Made by a program: the position numbers and the translations under genes | Part shown: in pieces, positions 1 through 12,899 of the stretch | Position numbering within the stretch: position 1 is the stretch's first letter | Layout of the letters: each line of letters starts with the position of its first letter | Notes under the pieces: model-generated | Told to the model about the DNA's origin: nothing | Seen by the model: the letters and a program-made list of their open reading frames with translations, nothing else | Database searches by the model: none | Source: Raja brachyura | Taxonomy: Eukaryota | NCBI GenBank assembly: GCA_963514005.1 | Contig: OY740794.1 | Coordinates: 15,686,001-15,750,000 of the forward strand | Direction: 5' to 3' | Length of the DNA: 64,000 nucleotides

Positions 1-333
1 GGCAGATTATTATCTGAATGGTGTCAGATTAGGAAAAAGGGGAGGTGCAACGAGACCTGGGTGTGCGTGTACATCAGTCACTACATAAGCAGTGAAGAAA
101 GCTAATGGCATGTTGGCCTTCATTGCGAGAGGATTTGAGTTTAGGAGCAAGGAGGTTCACTGGATGTTTTCAAGGGAGAGTTAGATTTAGCTCTTTCGGC
201 TAAAGGAATTGAGGGATATGAGGAAAATGTAGGAACGGGGTACTGATTTTAGATGATCAGCCATGATCCTATTGAATGGCAGTGCTGGCTCGAAAGGCCG
301 AATGGCCTTCTGCACCTTTTTTTCTATGTTTCT
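1..333 (+). mobile_element. CR1/HER1-like LINE 3' fragment with internal deletion
   Basis: RT C-terminal sequence (KANGMLAFIARG-type) followed by the 3' UTR shared with other copies, ending in ttctatgtttct. Confidence 0.8.
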
Positions 334-1749
334 AACCAAATAATTTCCCGAATATAAACCTAGCATCTGTAGTAGTGACCATCAAAGTGCTGGTTTGCTT
401 AAAAAACCCAATGTGGTCCACTAAATGCGTAGGAAGGAAATGCAAATTTCATTTCGGAGTCACGTGAGTGACTTCGTGAAGACCCCGCCAGGCACGCATG
501 CGCGACATATCGTCGACACGCGTGTGAGCGACGGGCAGGGAGGGGCGTTGCTCCTCCACTGCTGGGACCTGCAGGTAAGTGGAAAACTAACCCGCCGTCC
601 CTTTTTTCTTTTCAGAGACTCTGTTCAGAGTGCTCCAGGCCGCTTCGGCACTGACTGCGGACCGCGGAATGCGGGCAGTCAGCGGCGGCTCTTATTTATG
701 GAGTCGGGGAGAGCCCGTTGACCCAGGTGGGTCCGGGTTCACACTCGCCGGCGGAGGACGGCAGAGGCAGCTGACTGTACGCCGCAGCCCGCAGACCGCG
801 AGCTGGCGGCATTTATAAGTGAGTGGGGCTTGCAGGCTCGCCGTGTGCAGTGAGCAACGGCAGAGCAGCAGGCCAAATTACACCGCAGCCCGCAAGGATA
901 CTGTGGGCTGTCGGCATTTATATAGAAGGGGGGGCTTGCAGGCTCGCCGTTCGCAGATAGCAACGGCAGAGCAGCAGCCCGACGTACACCGCAGCCCACA
1001 GGATACTGCGGGCTGTCGGCATCAACACAGAGTAGGGGTTAGCCCCAACTCAACTCTACACAGCCTGCAATATCCCAGTGCTGTAATTAAGAGGTGCAGG
1101 AATTATTCATGTTGTTAAAAGCCCAACTTTATTTTACAATGGGGCAGCTCGTTGACCCTGTGGGGTCCGGGCTCAACACTCACCGTTTGCGCAGCAATGG
1201 CAGAGCGACAGCACATATCTGCACCGCAGCCCGCAAGGTCTGTGGGCTGTCGGTTTACATACCCGGACTAGCCCGTGGACAGGATCCGGGCCCGGAGACT
1301 GCCTTTCGCGGGCAGCAGAGGCGAGCAGGAGCTCTGACTCGACGCCACAGGCCGCAAGTATACCGCGGCCGAACGGCCATGCTACCCTTAGAGGTAGTAG
1401 AGCCGGGGGCTCGCATATAGGCGGGGGCCTTACCGTTAGCGGCCGTCTATGTCCCGCATGAGAATCTGGTCACCATTGGAGCTAGGGGAAGAGAGTGCGC
1501 TCCTTCACCGGAAGCTCATAAAGACCCTCAGGTAAGATACTAACCTTGAGTTGTTTAGCTTCTGTACTAGACTTTGCTTACAGAAACAATGGATGGGAGA
1601 TCAGAATGAAGGCATCGAAGTATGCCTTCCAGGGCCATGGGACTTCGGATGTGAGTCAACGCCCACCATTCCTGGAGCTGCCCGCAAATCAGCTATTTAC
1701 CTTCTGGGTAGCTCTATACAGTGGCGTATACCAGGTCACAAGTGTCTAA

Positions 1750-1985
1750 TAAACGACACCAAGTGGATCTTGAACCTCCAAATATTTGCTAAAATTATAG
1801 CATAATATGGAACACCAGATATCGACCTCCTTGTGTCCAGGTGAACCACTAGATACATATATGTGTCTCTTGAGAACCAGACCCTGCAGGAGTGGCGATG
1901 GACGAGTTCTCGCTACATTGGGGAAATGGATTTCTATGCTTTCCCCATTCTGCCTCATCAGACAGGAGTTGCAGAAAACGTACCC
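1750..1985 (+). pseudogene. DIRS Dam-like methyltransferase domain remnant (frameshifted)
   Basis: Reads W.LN..IF..I..YGTPDIDLLVSR and FYAFP/FCLIRQELQK, resembling the DIRS DLFAS and YAFPP motifs. Confidence 0.6.
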
Positions 1986-2587
1986 AGGTCTGGAACATAC
2001 AGGACCATGGACGTCATATAGATCGTGCAGAGAAAGTCCACTGGGAAGCACTACCTCACCTACATAGGATATGGGAGGTTTTTTATAGTCGGACCAAGAC
2101 CACCTACATATCTGCTACGATCTCCAATGTGCTGGCATCCTCACGGGTCTTCATTATGATGAGTCCCTCAGTTACAGTGCTGCATACAGTGCCAGGAGTA
2201 CACTGTCATCCTAGCTCAACATTGGAGTGGGATCTCACCAGCTGGTATCCAAACTACGAGGGATATGTTCTATCCATCCCTCCCCGACCACGATATAATA
2301 TCTGAGAGATAAGGGTGGTGTTGACCCTACTCAGGAGCTGATCTCTTATCTTGGTACCACTAGACTTACTCACCTTTAAAAGTGGTGAGGGCAATAGCAC
2401 TGAGTACAGCACAACGGGTCCAGACTCTACAGGAATTAAACCTGGATAGAATGATCGACCCATAATAAAGTAACTTCTTTATGAAAGAGTTACTTAAACT
2501 ATACAGACCTGCGACTACAGGTCTGTAAATGGCCATCAGGAATATGGAGGCGGATCTGTTGTCAGCCATGGAAACCCACGTCACAGG

Positions 2588-2782
2588 GTGATTGTGCAGA
2601 CTATCTCCAGATGGCTTAAGGTGGTATTCAGTGCAGCAGGTAAGACACTAAACATTTTGAAATGTCATTCTACCAAGGCTGCATCCACATCAGGGACGAG
2701 GACCATGGAGGTGTTCATGGAGCATGTCCTCGCGATAACGGGCTGGGCCAGTGAAACTATATTTCAGCGGTTTCATAACTAA
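2588..2782 (+). pseudogene. DIRS tyrosine recombinase C-terminal remnant
   Basis: TISRWLK...AG...HSTKAASTS...GWASETIFQRFHN resembles the DIRS YR HSTRxxxxS...GWxSxxTFxRFY. Catalytic R is replaced by K and catalytic Y by H. Confidence 0.8.
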
Positions 2783-4075
2783 CCTGTGGCCGTTCCCGCA
2801 ACGTTACGCACGTTTAAGTACTGTCCCTAAACGTTTGTCCCCGAGTTCAGGGGTTTATTGTTGTATTAACAATAATGTTATTATTTTTCAGCTTCTTCAA
2901 GTCTGAAATATGTTAACATACTTCCTCCATCAGTATTACGGCAGAGTGTGAGCATGGACGTGGTCCAGGGCATGTAATCACAGAGCTTTGAAGTCTTCAC
3001 GAAGTCACTCACGTGACTCCGAAATGAAATAGTAAGATTAAACGAGAACTTACCAGTTTGAAGTTTGATCTTTATTTTATGAGGAATTGCGATGAGGGAT
3101 TTCGTGCCCTCCGCTCCCAACCCTCTACCATAAGATCAACTGGTATATAGAGTCTCTTCAATCTTACTATAACAAGTAATTTCTGTTGTTGGTTCTGTGA
3201 TTCCACACCGCTGCTTTGAAGAATGTCGCGCATGCGTGCCTGGCGGGGTCTTCACGAAATCCCTCATCGCAACTCCTCATAAAATAAAGATCAAACTTCA
3301 AACTGGTAAGTTCTCGTTTAATCTTACTATTCTAACTGAAGATGAACACAAAAAGCTGGAGTAAATCAACAGGTCAGGTAGCATCTCTGGAGAAAAGGAA
3401 TAGGTGACGTTTCGGGTCGGAAGCATTCTTCAGACTGATTCTTTTCTCCAGAGATGCTGCCTGACCGACTGAGATCCTCCAGCATCTGTGTTGTTCAATA
3501 ATGTCTTTTAGCAAAGGAAGTCAGTAGACTTTATCTCACCTGAACCAAGCCCATGGTAAATTGGTGTAATAAAACCACTTTTGGTGATAGGTGTTTAGTG
3601 TCCATGTTCTATGAATTAGTAAATGAAAAATTATTTACTGAATTTATTCATTGGGCAATCGTTGCCTATTTACCTAACACTGGGATCATTTTTCAATGGC
3701 ACTCTGTACACATTTCCCCTTGAGCAAAAATCAAATGGCTAGAGGGACTCAATTGGTCAGACAGCATCTGTGGAATGAAATGGGCAAAGGACATTTGGAA
3801 GATAGACACAAAATGCTGGAGTAACTCAGCGGGTCAGGCAGCATCTCCTTTTCTACAGAGATACTGCCTGACCCACGGAGTTACTTCAGCTTTTTCTGTC
3901 TATATTTGGTTGAAACCTGCATTTGCACTTCCTTGCTACACATACAACATTTTGAGTCGGGTCCTTCATTTTAATGCTCAAGTTTCCTGCATCTGCAGTC
4001 TCTAATGTCTGCATTATCCTCCTTACAAGTTCTGGGGTTCTTCCAGTGAATCCATCACTTTAATATCACCCTTTG

Positions 4076-5122
4076 TAGGTATGTTACAAAACTTACCTTG
4101 AGCAGCGCTGCAGTTCTGCCGCTCCCCGTGTGCGTGACTTTGGCGCCTTTCAGAGGGGGGCGGGCTTAAAGTGCCGTTTTTCTGCAGACTGGGAAAATCG
4201 ATCCATGTCGGGCGATTTTGTTGCGGAAGGAAAATCGCTCCGACATTTCATTCGTGAAGGTATTTTTAAATTACGCTAGATTATTTATTAACTAGAATAA
4301 TTTAAAAATTACCTTCAAAAGCCGTGAGCGCCGACAACGGGAAGGATTTTGCGTAGGGGAGAAAAAAAGGTAGACAGTTTATTTTTATATTAAAAGTTGG
4401 TTTTTAGGGAGGCTTTAATCACATTTTCATGTTGCGAAATGGGGTTGAAAAAAATGTATGAACCAACAATATTTTTCCTCCCGACTTCACCACAAACCGC
4501 AATGTTCCAATCCACCGCATTCCACTAAAACCCACTCGCTAGTTGATTTAAATGGCCATTAATTTACAGGCATTCAACACTAAATTCCTTCCATTTGGCC
4601 TAGAAATTCATGAAAATGAGATTTTAAAATTGTTATATTGTGGATTATTGTGTGAATGTTATTTGGACACTTAGGCACTTTGGACACTAACCCTACCCTA
4701 AAAAACGTTTATCTTTTCTTAAGAAATAGATAGATGTTTAGATCTACTCATTGAATTTTGTAATTAGCTACAATTAGATAACTAACTAATTATATGCTTT
4801 AATTTCAGATCATCCACGTAAGATTGTTTCATATTTGTTTCAGAATGCTTCAATCTATAATAACATAAATGTCATTGAGTTCTCTTAATTTTTAAGAAAG
4901 TTATGGGCTTTTAACTGTTCTAGATCACAGCTTTTGAGTTGTCAATTGAAAGGCAATGGGGAACAAGATGCTAATTTCCGAGTATGAAAATGGTCATAAC
5001 TTTCTTAATACTGAAGATATGGAAGTGAATTAGGTCTCAAATAAAACTTCTTTTTATGCTTTATCTGATGGGGTAAATTGCAGACTTGATTTTTAAAATC
5101 TCAAAATTTTGTAACATTGCTA
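4076..5122. mobile_element. Unclassified non-autonomous TIR DNA element (~1.05 kb)
   Basis: Termini TAGgtATGTTACAAAA and TTTTGTAACATtgCTA; flanks CCCTTTG (4069-4075) and CCCGTTG (5123-5129) are a candidate 7-bp TSD; no ORF. Confidence 0.65.
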
Positions 5123-6402
5123 CCCGTTGCAATTCTTCTGCATTCCCGTACATACAGAGAATGCATGGTCAGGTCACATCTGCGGGAGGAAAAACACAGT
5201 TAACGTGTCAGCCATTATCTGTTAAATGAAAGAAGCTAATAGAGTGAATTGACTAGGTGAAAAGTAGTGTTCTCATCAACCTAGATTTTTTTAAATGATG
5301 ATTTGAAAGTAATTTATAATTATAAAAGTTGATATTTGACAAAGTGAGCATTATTTTGATGCTTACAAATTCTTATCAGATTGCTGATAGTTCATTGCAG
5401 TCTCCCAGTCATAGGGTTGCAGTAGTCCAAATTATCTGATGCAAGAGATAGCTCCAGTTCGTTCCCTGTAAACTGCACAGCTGCAGTGATATAACTGTTG
5501 CTCATCATGGAATGTGGGTGATGTTGGTAAGGACAGGTAAGGTTGCCCTTGAAAGACTGGTGTTAGATCGGTATCTTGTACCGTTGACTTTCATATGAAG
5601 ACAATTGCCTGACGTTGGTCTTTGTCAGAGGATCCTGGACTTCGACACTGAAAGTAAATGTGCTCGTGGCGAGACAGTGTATGGCTGAGAAGTACATTTG
5701 TAAATGATGTTAAATCTTGATAACACTTCTTTTATTCTAGGTGATAAGGGACGAGGATTGAAAATTGCTGAGAACATGGTCACACAACATTAAACACTTT
5801 CATCTTTATAAAATCATCTAAAGCTTGCATTTCTGACAAATCCTTTCTTGTCGGTATATTGTTCGCTGTCAGCACAAAACCGGGACAGAAAACGTTTGAA
5901 TGCCCATTAGGCAACTCCACCCCTCCCCCACATCCTCACCCGCCTCTGCTAACTTAACCTTGTCAGAATTTAAACAAATATTTCTGACATTTGTAACATT
6001 CAGATACATTCAAAATGGTTACAATTGATTCAAAAAACCATGGGGTGAGAAATTTGTCATTCCAGCACGTCTCCTGTGAAACTGCTTGATCCTACAAGGA
6101 GATCAGTGTTGGAGTGCAAGAATTAACAGTGGCTGTGGCTGAGTGCCACAGGAAGTTCAGAGGGTCCCACTTCACAGGTGCTTGTGTGAGCATCCTGAAC
6201 CTCTTCAGAGTTGCAGTGACAAGCGGCAGCTGATCCTTATGTACAGCACCTCATATTTCTCTTGGGCAGCTTATAACCTAGCGGTACGAATGTTGACTTC
6301 TCTAACATCAAGTAACCTTTGCTTTCCCTCCCTCTCCATCCCGCCCCCATCCTAGTTCTCTGATTAGTTTCACTGTCCTCCTGATTACATTTTACTGATT
6401 GT

Positions 6403-6905
6403 ATGAGAAGGTTCACCAGACTGATTCCTGGGATGTCAGGACTTTCATATGAGGAAAGACTGGATAGACTTGGCTTGTACTCGCTAGGATTTAGAAGACT
6501 GAGGGGGGATCTTATCGAAACTTACAAAATTCCAAAGTGGTTGGATAGGCTAGATGCAGGAAGATTGCTCCCGATGTTGGGGAGGTCCAGAACAAGAGGT
6601 CACAGTCTAAGGTTAAGGGGGAATTCCTTTAGGACCGAGATGAGGAAAACATTTTTCACACAGAGAGTGGTGAGTCTCTGGAATTATCTGCCACAGAAGG
6701 TAGTTGAGGCCAGTTCATTGGCTATATTTAAGAGGGAGTTAGATGTGGCCCTTGTGGCTAAAGGGATCAGGGAGTATGGAGAGAAGGCAGGTACAGGATA
6801 CTGAGTTGGATGATCAGTCATGATTATATTGAATGGCGGTGCAGGCTCGAAGGGCCGAATAGCCTACTCCTGCACCTATTTTCTATGTTCTATGTCTATG
6901 TTCTA
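6403..6905 (+). mobile_element. CR1/HER1-like LINE 3' end
   Basis: ORF RRFTRLIPGM..LSYEERL..LGLYSL..RRLRGDLIETYKI...TRGHSL...FFTQRVV.LWN.LP; tail (ttctatg)n. Confidence 0.9.
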
Positions 6906-7045
6906 TGTATGCCTCGTTGCCACCTTCCCCTCAGCTAAGGATGATCCATTCAACATTTTCCTTGAACATCATCCCCTTTGATCTCTCGTTTTCACAGTTT
7001 GAAGAAGGGCTCAACCAGAAACATCACCCCTTCCTTCTCTCTGAT

Positions 7046-7360
7046 AGCCCTGTCCCACTGTACAAGTTCATTCAAGAGTTCTCCCGAGTTTGCCCTGATT
7101 CAAACTCGGAGATTTACGGTAATGGCCGCTCGTAGGTACTCGGGGCTCTCCTGGACATTTTTCAACATGTTGAAAAATCATCACGAGTCTTCCCGAGCTT
7201 ACCGTGTTGCCGGAGTACTTGCCGTTAGCGTTACGAGCCGCTAAGAGACGTCCCGAGCTCCGACGTACTCACTACGTACATTCTACGTGCTTACCACGAG
7301 TTCAATTTTTTTTTAAACACGGGAGAGCTCTTGAATGAACTCGTACAGTGGGACAGGGCT
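7046..7360. mobile_element. PIF/Harbinger-type MITE, copy 1
   Basis: Long TIRs agccctgtcccactgtac.agttcattcaagag ... ctcttgaatgaactcgtacagtgggacagggct; TSD not clear. Confidence 0.8.
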
Positions 7361-9437
7361 TCCTGTTTCTCTAGCATTTTTGTCTACCTTCGATTTTCCA
7401 GCATCAGCATTTCCTTCTTAAACACAAAAAGCTGGAGTAATTCAGCGGGTCAGATAGTATCTCTGGAGAAAAGGAATAGGTGATGTTCCGAGTCGAGACC
7501 CTTCTTCAGACTCTTATTTTGTATCTATCTTTGGTTTAAACCAACATCTGCAGTTCCTTCCCACACATGATGTGTGTAACTATTGAGTTGCAACTGACTG
7601 AACGCTGTGTTCGGGTATAATTATCATAATGAACATACCTTTCCAATCTACTTCTATGTTGGAATGTACATGACTTTCTTGGAACTTTGTCTGTTTGCAG
7701 TGCAAAAAGCAGGTCAGTGTGAGAGCCATGATATGAAGAAAGTGTTTGATGTTTTTTTCTTGGTGAGGGTGGCTGAAATTCTCAGAGGTTTCATTCAGTG
7801 GATATATGTAAGGTGCTTATCTACTGTTATTACTGTAACAGCAGAGAGATTAAGGAATGTTTTCCATGTATGATCCTTCCTCCCTTCTTCTCCACTCTTA
7901 TGCTATTTTGTTTCTCCCACAGCATCACTTGCTAACAATGTTTAATAACTCAATCCATTCATGTTAACTCTGCAATCAATAGACAATAGGTGCAGGAGTA
8001 GGCCATTCGGCCCTTCGAGCCAGCACCGCCATTCAATGTGATCATGGCTGATCATCCCCAATCAGTACCCCGTTCCTGCCATCACCCCATATCCCCTGAC
8101 TCCGCTATTTTTAAGAGCCCTATCTAGCTCTCTTGAAAGCATCCAGAGAACCTGCCTCCACCGCCCTCAATCGTAACACCTGGCACTGGAGTGTGACCTC
8201 AAGGCTCCTCATTGCCAAAGTATTGCCATCCTTTGCATTTGAGTGAATAAAACTGGCAACTAATGACAAATATTGTGCTCAGTGCAAATCAAATTTGAAA
8301 TGCTTCAGAGAGGTGAGATAATGTGTTTCCTCCCTGTTCTAGGACTTCTCTATCACTGAATGAATTAAGTCACTGGCCAAAGGACTGTTTACACACAATG
8401 ATTGTGATTAATGATTGAACATCTTGTGTTGAAGGAAATAACATTTTTGTGTGAGAGTAGTCACGTTTAAAAATAAAAAGAGGAATTTTCTTCCTAACCT
8501 TACTTTAGTTTCTAGAGCTTAGATTCTCTTCTAGAATCTAATTAAAATATATCAAATATTCATTCAAAAGAAAATTAAATTGTATTAGATTAGCAAATGA
8601 ATATTTCATTAATTTGAAATTTATTAAATTTAATTAATTTTTGTTTGGTAGATTCAAGTTGCTTTTTGCTTTGAAAAAAAATCTTGGTTCATTTATTTAT
8701 TCATGTGGCCAAAGGTTGAAAAGCAGTCAATGCAAGTTTGGAAATAAATATCAAGGAAGGAATTTGGATGGAATTTCTTTTTCACATAATCATAAATAGG
8801 CTTCTTGAATAAGTCACTAAGTACATAAGGACTAAACTGACAGAAAGGTGCGCTTTTTTGAGAAGGTAACAGGGATATTGTAATACGGAAAAAAAGTTTG
8901 GATTGCTCTAGGAAAAAACAAAGACTCAATGGACCAAAAAGGTCTTCTCTTATGTTGTAAGAAATGTAATGTAAGCTATCTACATTTCTATAAAAGCCCT
9001 TGCTACCTGCACAATGAATCTAAAGCCATGATTCTCAACTTGAGATGCACATGGAAAACGGAAGACCAAAGATTGACAAGGTTCCACATGCATTTAATAA
9101 TATTTGGGCGATTTCTCTGGAAAGTTCACCAAAAATGCACTGTTTTCCATCTGGACCCGCAATAGTGTTGATTGATTGATTGATTGAAAGATGCAGTATG
9201 GAAATTAGCTCTTCGAGCCAACAGGTCCACGCCGACCATTGATCACCTGTTCACACTAGTTCTATGTCAACTCACTTTTGCAACCATTTCCTGCATAGTA
9301 GGGGCAATTTACAGCAGTCCAATCAATTTACAAGCCTGCACATTTTTAGGATGTGGAAGGAAACCGGAGCATCCAGAAGAAACCCACACAACCATAAGGG
9401 GAAACACACAGATAGCACCCAAGGTCAGGATTGAATC

Positions 9438-11640
9438 AATAGACAATAGGTGCAGGAGTAGGCCATTCGGCCCTTCAGGCCAGCACCGCCATTCAATGTG
9501 ATCATGGCTGATCATCCCCAATCAGTACCCCGTCATACCTTCTCCCCATATCCCCTGACTACGCTATCTTTAAGAGCCCTATCTTAAGGGGCTATCGCAC
9601 TTGGGCGACCTAATCCGTGAGTTCTGGCGAGTTTGCCCCCGACTCATACTCGCAGCATGGTCGACACAAGGTCCTAGGAGGTCTTTGTAACTCTCCTTCA
9701 TGCTCAAGAGTAGTCTCCATATACTGGAGGCCTCAGCTAGGTCGCGGCGTATATTTCAACATGTTGAAAAATGCACGCGAGTAAAAAAAGGTCGCCATGG
9801 AAAAAATCGATTTTTTTACTCGTAGGTTTAGTCGTAGTAAGTCGTAGTAGGTTGGCGTGTTATTCAAGGGTTGTCGATGGTAATCGAAGGTAGTCAAAGG
9901 TAGTCGTAGATAGTCTTCATCATTGTCGAAGGGAGGTCGAAGGAGGTCGTCTTCACTCTCCACTATTCGGTGTCCAATTTTCTCGAAGTTAGTCGAAGCT
10001 AGTCTTCAACATGGTCAAAGGAGGTCTTCTACATAGTTGAAGGAGGTCTTCAACGTGACATTTTTTCAAACTCTCCTAAACTCTTCTAAGCTCGGCAATT
10101 AAGTCGCCGCAGTGGGACAGCCCCTTTACTCTCTCTTGAAAGCATCCAGAGAACCGGCCTCCACTGCCCTCTGAGGCAGAGGATTCCACAGACTCACAAC
10201 TCACTGTGTGAAAAAGTATTTCCTCATCTCCGTTCTAAACGGTTTACCCCTTATTCTTAATCTGTGACCCCTGGTTCTGGACTCCCCCAACATCGGGAAC
10301 ATGTTTGCTGCCTCTAGCGTGTCCAAACCCTTAATAATCTTATATATTTCAATAAGATCCCCTCTCACCCTACTAAATTCCAGAGTATACAAGCCCAGCC
10401 ACTCCATTCTATCAACATATGATAGTCCCGCCATCCCGGGAATTAACCTACTCTGCACTCCCTCAATAGCAAGAATGTCCTTCCTCAAATTTGGAGACCA
10501 AAACTGCACACAATACTTCAGCTGTGGTCTCACTAGGGCCCTGTACAACTGCAAAAGGACCTCTTTGTTCCTATACTCAACTCCTCTTGTTATGAAGCTC
10601 AACATGCCATTCGCTTTCTTCACTGTCTGCTGTACCTCCATGCTTACCTTCAATGACTGACGAACAAGGACCTCCAGATCCCGTTGTACTTCCCCGTTTC
10701 CCAACTTGCCACCATTTAGATAACAATCTGCCTTCCTGTTTTTGCCACCAAAGTGGATAACCTCACATTTAACCACATTAAACTGCATCTGCCATGCGTC
10801 TGCCCACTCGCCCAACCTGTCCAAGTTAACCTGCATCCTCCTCACAGTTCGCACTGCCACCCAGCTTTGTGCCATCTGCAAATTTGCCAATGTTACTTTT
10901 AATCCCATCATCTAAACCATTAATATATATTGTAAATATCTGCGATCCCAGGACTGAGCCTTGCAGTACCCCACTAGTCACTGCCTGCCATTCTGAAAGG
11001 GACCCGTTAATCCCTACTCTTTGTTTCCTGTCTGCCAACCTATTTTCTATCCATGTCAGCACTCTGCCCCAAATACCATGTGCTCTAATTTTGCCCACTA
11101 ATCTCCTATGTGGGATCTTATCAAATGCTTTCTGAAAGTCCAGGTACACTACATCTACTGGCTCTCCCTTGTCCATTTCCCTAGTTACATCCTCAAAAAA
11201 GATTGGTCAAGCATGATTTCCCGTTCGTAAATCCATGCTGACTCGGACCGATCCAGCTACTGCTATCCAAATGTGCCGTTATTTCGTCTTTTATAATTGA
11301 CTCCAGCATCTTCCCCACCACCGATGTCAGGCTAACTGGTATATAATTCCCTGTTTTCTCTCTCCCGCCTTTCTAAAAAATTGGAATAACATTAGCTACC
11401 CTCCAATCCACAGGAACTGATCCTGAATATGGAAAATTGGGAAATGATCACCAATACGTCCACGATTTCTAGAGCCACCTCCTTTAAGTACCCTGGGATG
11501 CAGACCATCAGGACCTGGGAATTTATCAGCCGTCAGTCCCATCAGTCTACCCGGCACCATTTCCAGCCTAATGTGAATTTCCTTCAGTTCCTCCGTCACC
11601 TTGGCCTCTGGCCACTAGTACATCAGGGAGATTGTTTGTA
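9438..11640 (-). mobile_element. CR1/HER1-like LINE, ~1.7 kb of degraded ORF2 RT, interrupted by a MITE
   Basis: ORFs 10826-11176 (VDVVYLDFQKAFDKIPH...SGVLQGSVLG...KFADGTKLG) and 10201-10911; (ctattgt)n tail at the left end. Confidence 0.9.
9587..10125. mobile_element. PIF/Harbinger-type MITE, copy 2
   Basis: TTA|aggggctatcgcact ... agtgggacagcccct|TTA; internal gtcgtag/gtcgaag repeats; splits a CR1 3' end. Confidence 0.85.
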
Positions 11641-11719
11641 ACCTCCTTAGTGAAGATGGATCCAAAGTACAAAGAATCCAAGTGTCTGATGCTGTGAGGC
11701 AGCAATTCTGAGTTGAGTT

Positions 11720-12070
11720 AAGTTTACCTTATTGGCACGTGTACCGAGGTACAGTGAAAAGCTTTTGTTGCGTGCTAACCAGTCAGCAGAAAGACAATAT
11801 ATTATTACAATCGAGCTATTTACAGTGTACAGATACATGATGAAGGGAATAACGTAAATAACATTTACTGCAAGATAAAGTCGAGTAAAGTCCAAGCAAA
11901 GAAAGTCTGAGGATTTCCATTGAGGTAGCTAGTAGTTCAAGACTGCTCTCTAGTTATTAGTAGGATGGTTCAGTTGCCTGATGACAGCTTGGAAGAAACT
12001 GTCCCTGAATCTGGAGGTGTGTTTTTTCACACTTCTGTACCTCTTGCCTGATGGAATGGTTGAGAAGAGG
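11720..12070 (-). mobile_element. LINE 3'-end derivative (Rex1/Babar-like tail); similar copy at ~60200-60620
   Basis: Shared ...cacgtgtaccgaggtacagtgaaaagctttt... tail and ggaagaaactgtccctgaatctggaggtg segment. Confidence 0.6.
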
Positions 12071-12899
12071 TATAGAAGTTAGTTCTCCAACTATGGATTA
12101 GAGACAGGTACAATCCAGTGATGGTCACCAAGGGATGCCTACTGTTCAATACAACTGGGAGAACTATGTTACTCTTCTTTAAATTGAATCTTTTACATCC
12201 AACTATTTGGAAATGGACATAACGAACATCGTCAAAGGTTACGGGGAGAAGGCAGGAGAATGGGGTTGAGAGTGAAAAATAGATCAGCCATAACAGGCAG
12301 CATCTCTGGATAGTAGGAATGGGTGACGTTTCGAGTCGAAACCCTTCTTCAGATTGAAGAAGGGTCTCTACCTGAGTCGTTACCCATTCGTTCTATCCGG
12401 AGATGCTGCTTGTCCTGCTGAGTTACTCCAGCATTTTGTGTCTATGGTTTAAACCAACATCTGCAGTTCCTTCCTACAACAATAGATCAGCCCCGATTGA
12501 GTGGTGGAGCAGGCTCGATGGACGGAATGGCTTAATTCTGCTCCTATGTCTTATGGAGAACAAATCACTCTGTAGGACAGGAGGGGCTCAGATTATGTGC
12601 TGCATTTAAAGCAGAAAGTATGCGCTTATACCGGGTACCTCTATTATCTAATGGTTCAGTAAACATGAATGTTCCTTGCTCGTGGCAGATGAAGAGGTAA
12701 GGTGAGATAATGTTGTTCAAAAAAAGAAATAAAGTATAATGATGATACTCAAAGACCGAATAGGGGTACGCAGGTGCTTAACCATTAAACATCTTATGCT
12801 GCATGAAGTTCTGCTATTGAAAAAAATCATAATTTTTCAGGGTTGCAAACTGCGATGTTTGAGGAGGGAGGGGATAAACAGGAGTGACACGGGATAAAG

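Larger units (their letters stand above)
446..3331 (+). mobile_element. DIRS1-type tyrosine-recombinase retrotransposon, non-autonomous, termini complete
   Basis: ITR 473-508 is the exact reverse complement of 3223-3258. ICR 2993-3030 complements the left end 446-483, and ICR 3028-3106 complements the right end 3253-3331 (1 mismatch). YR and methyltransferase-like remnants lie inside. Confidence 0.92.
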
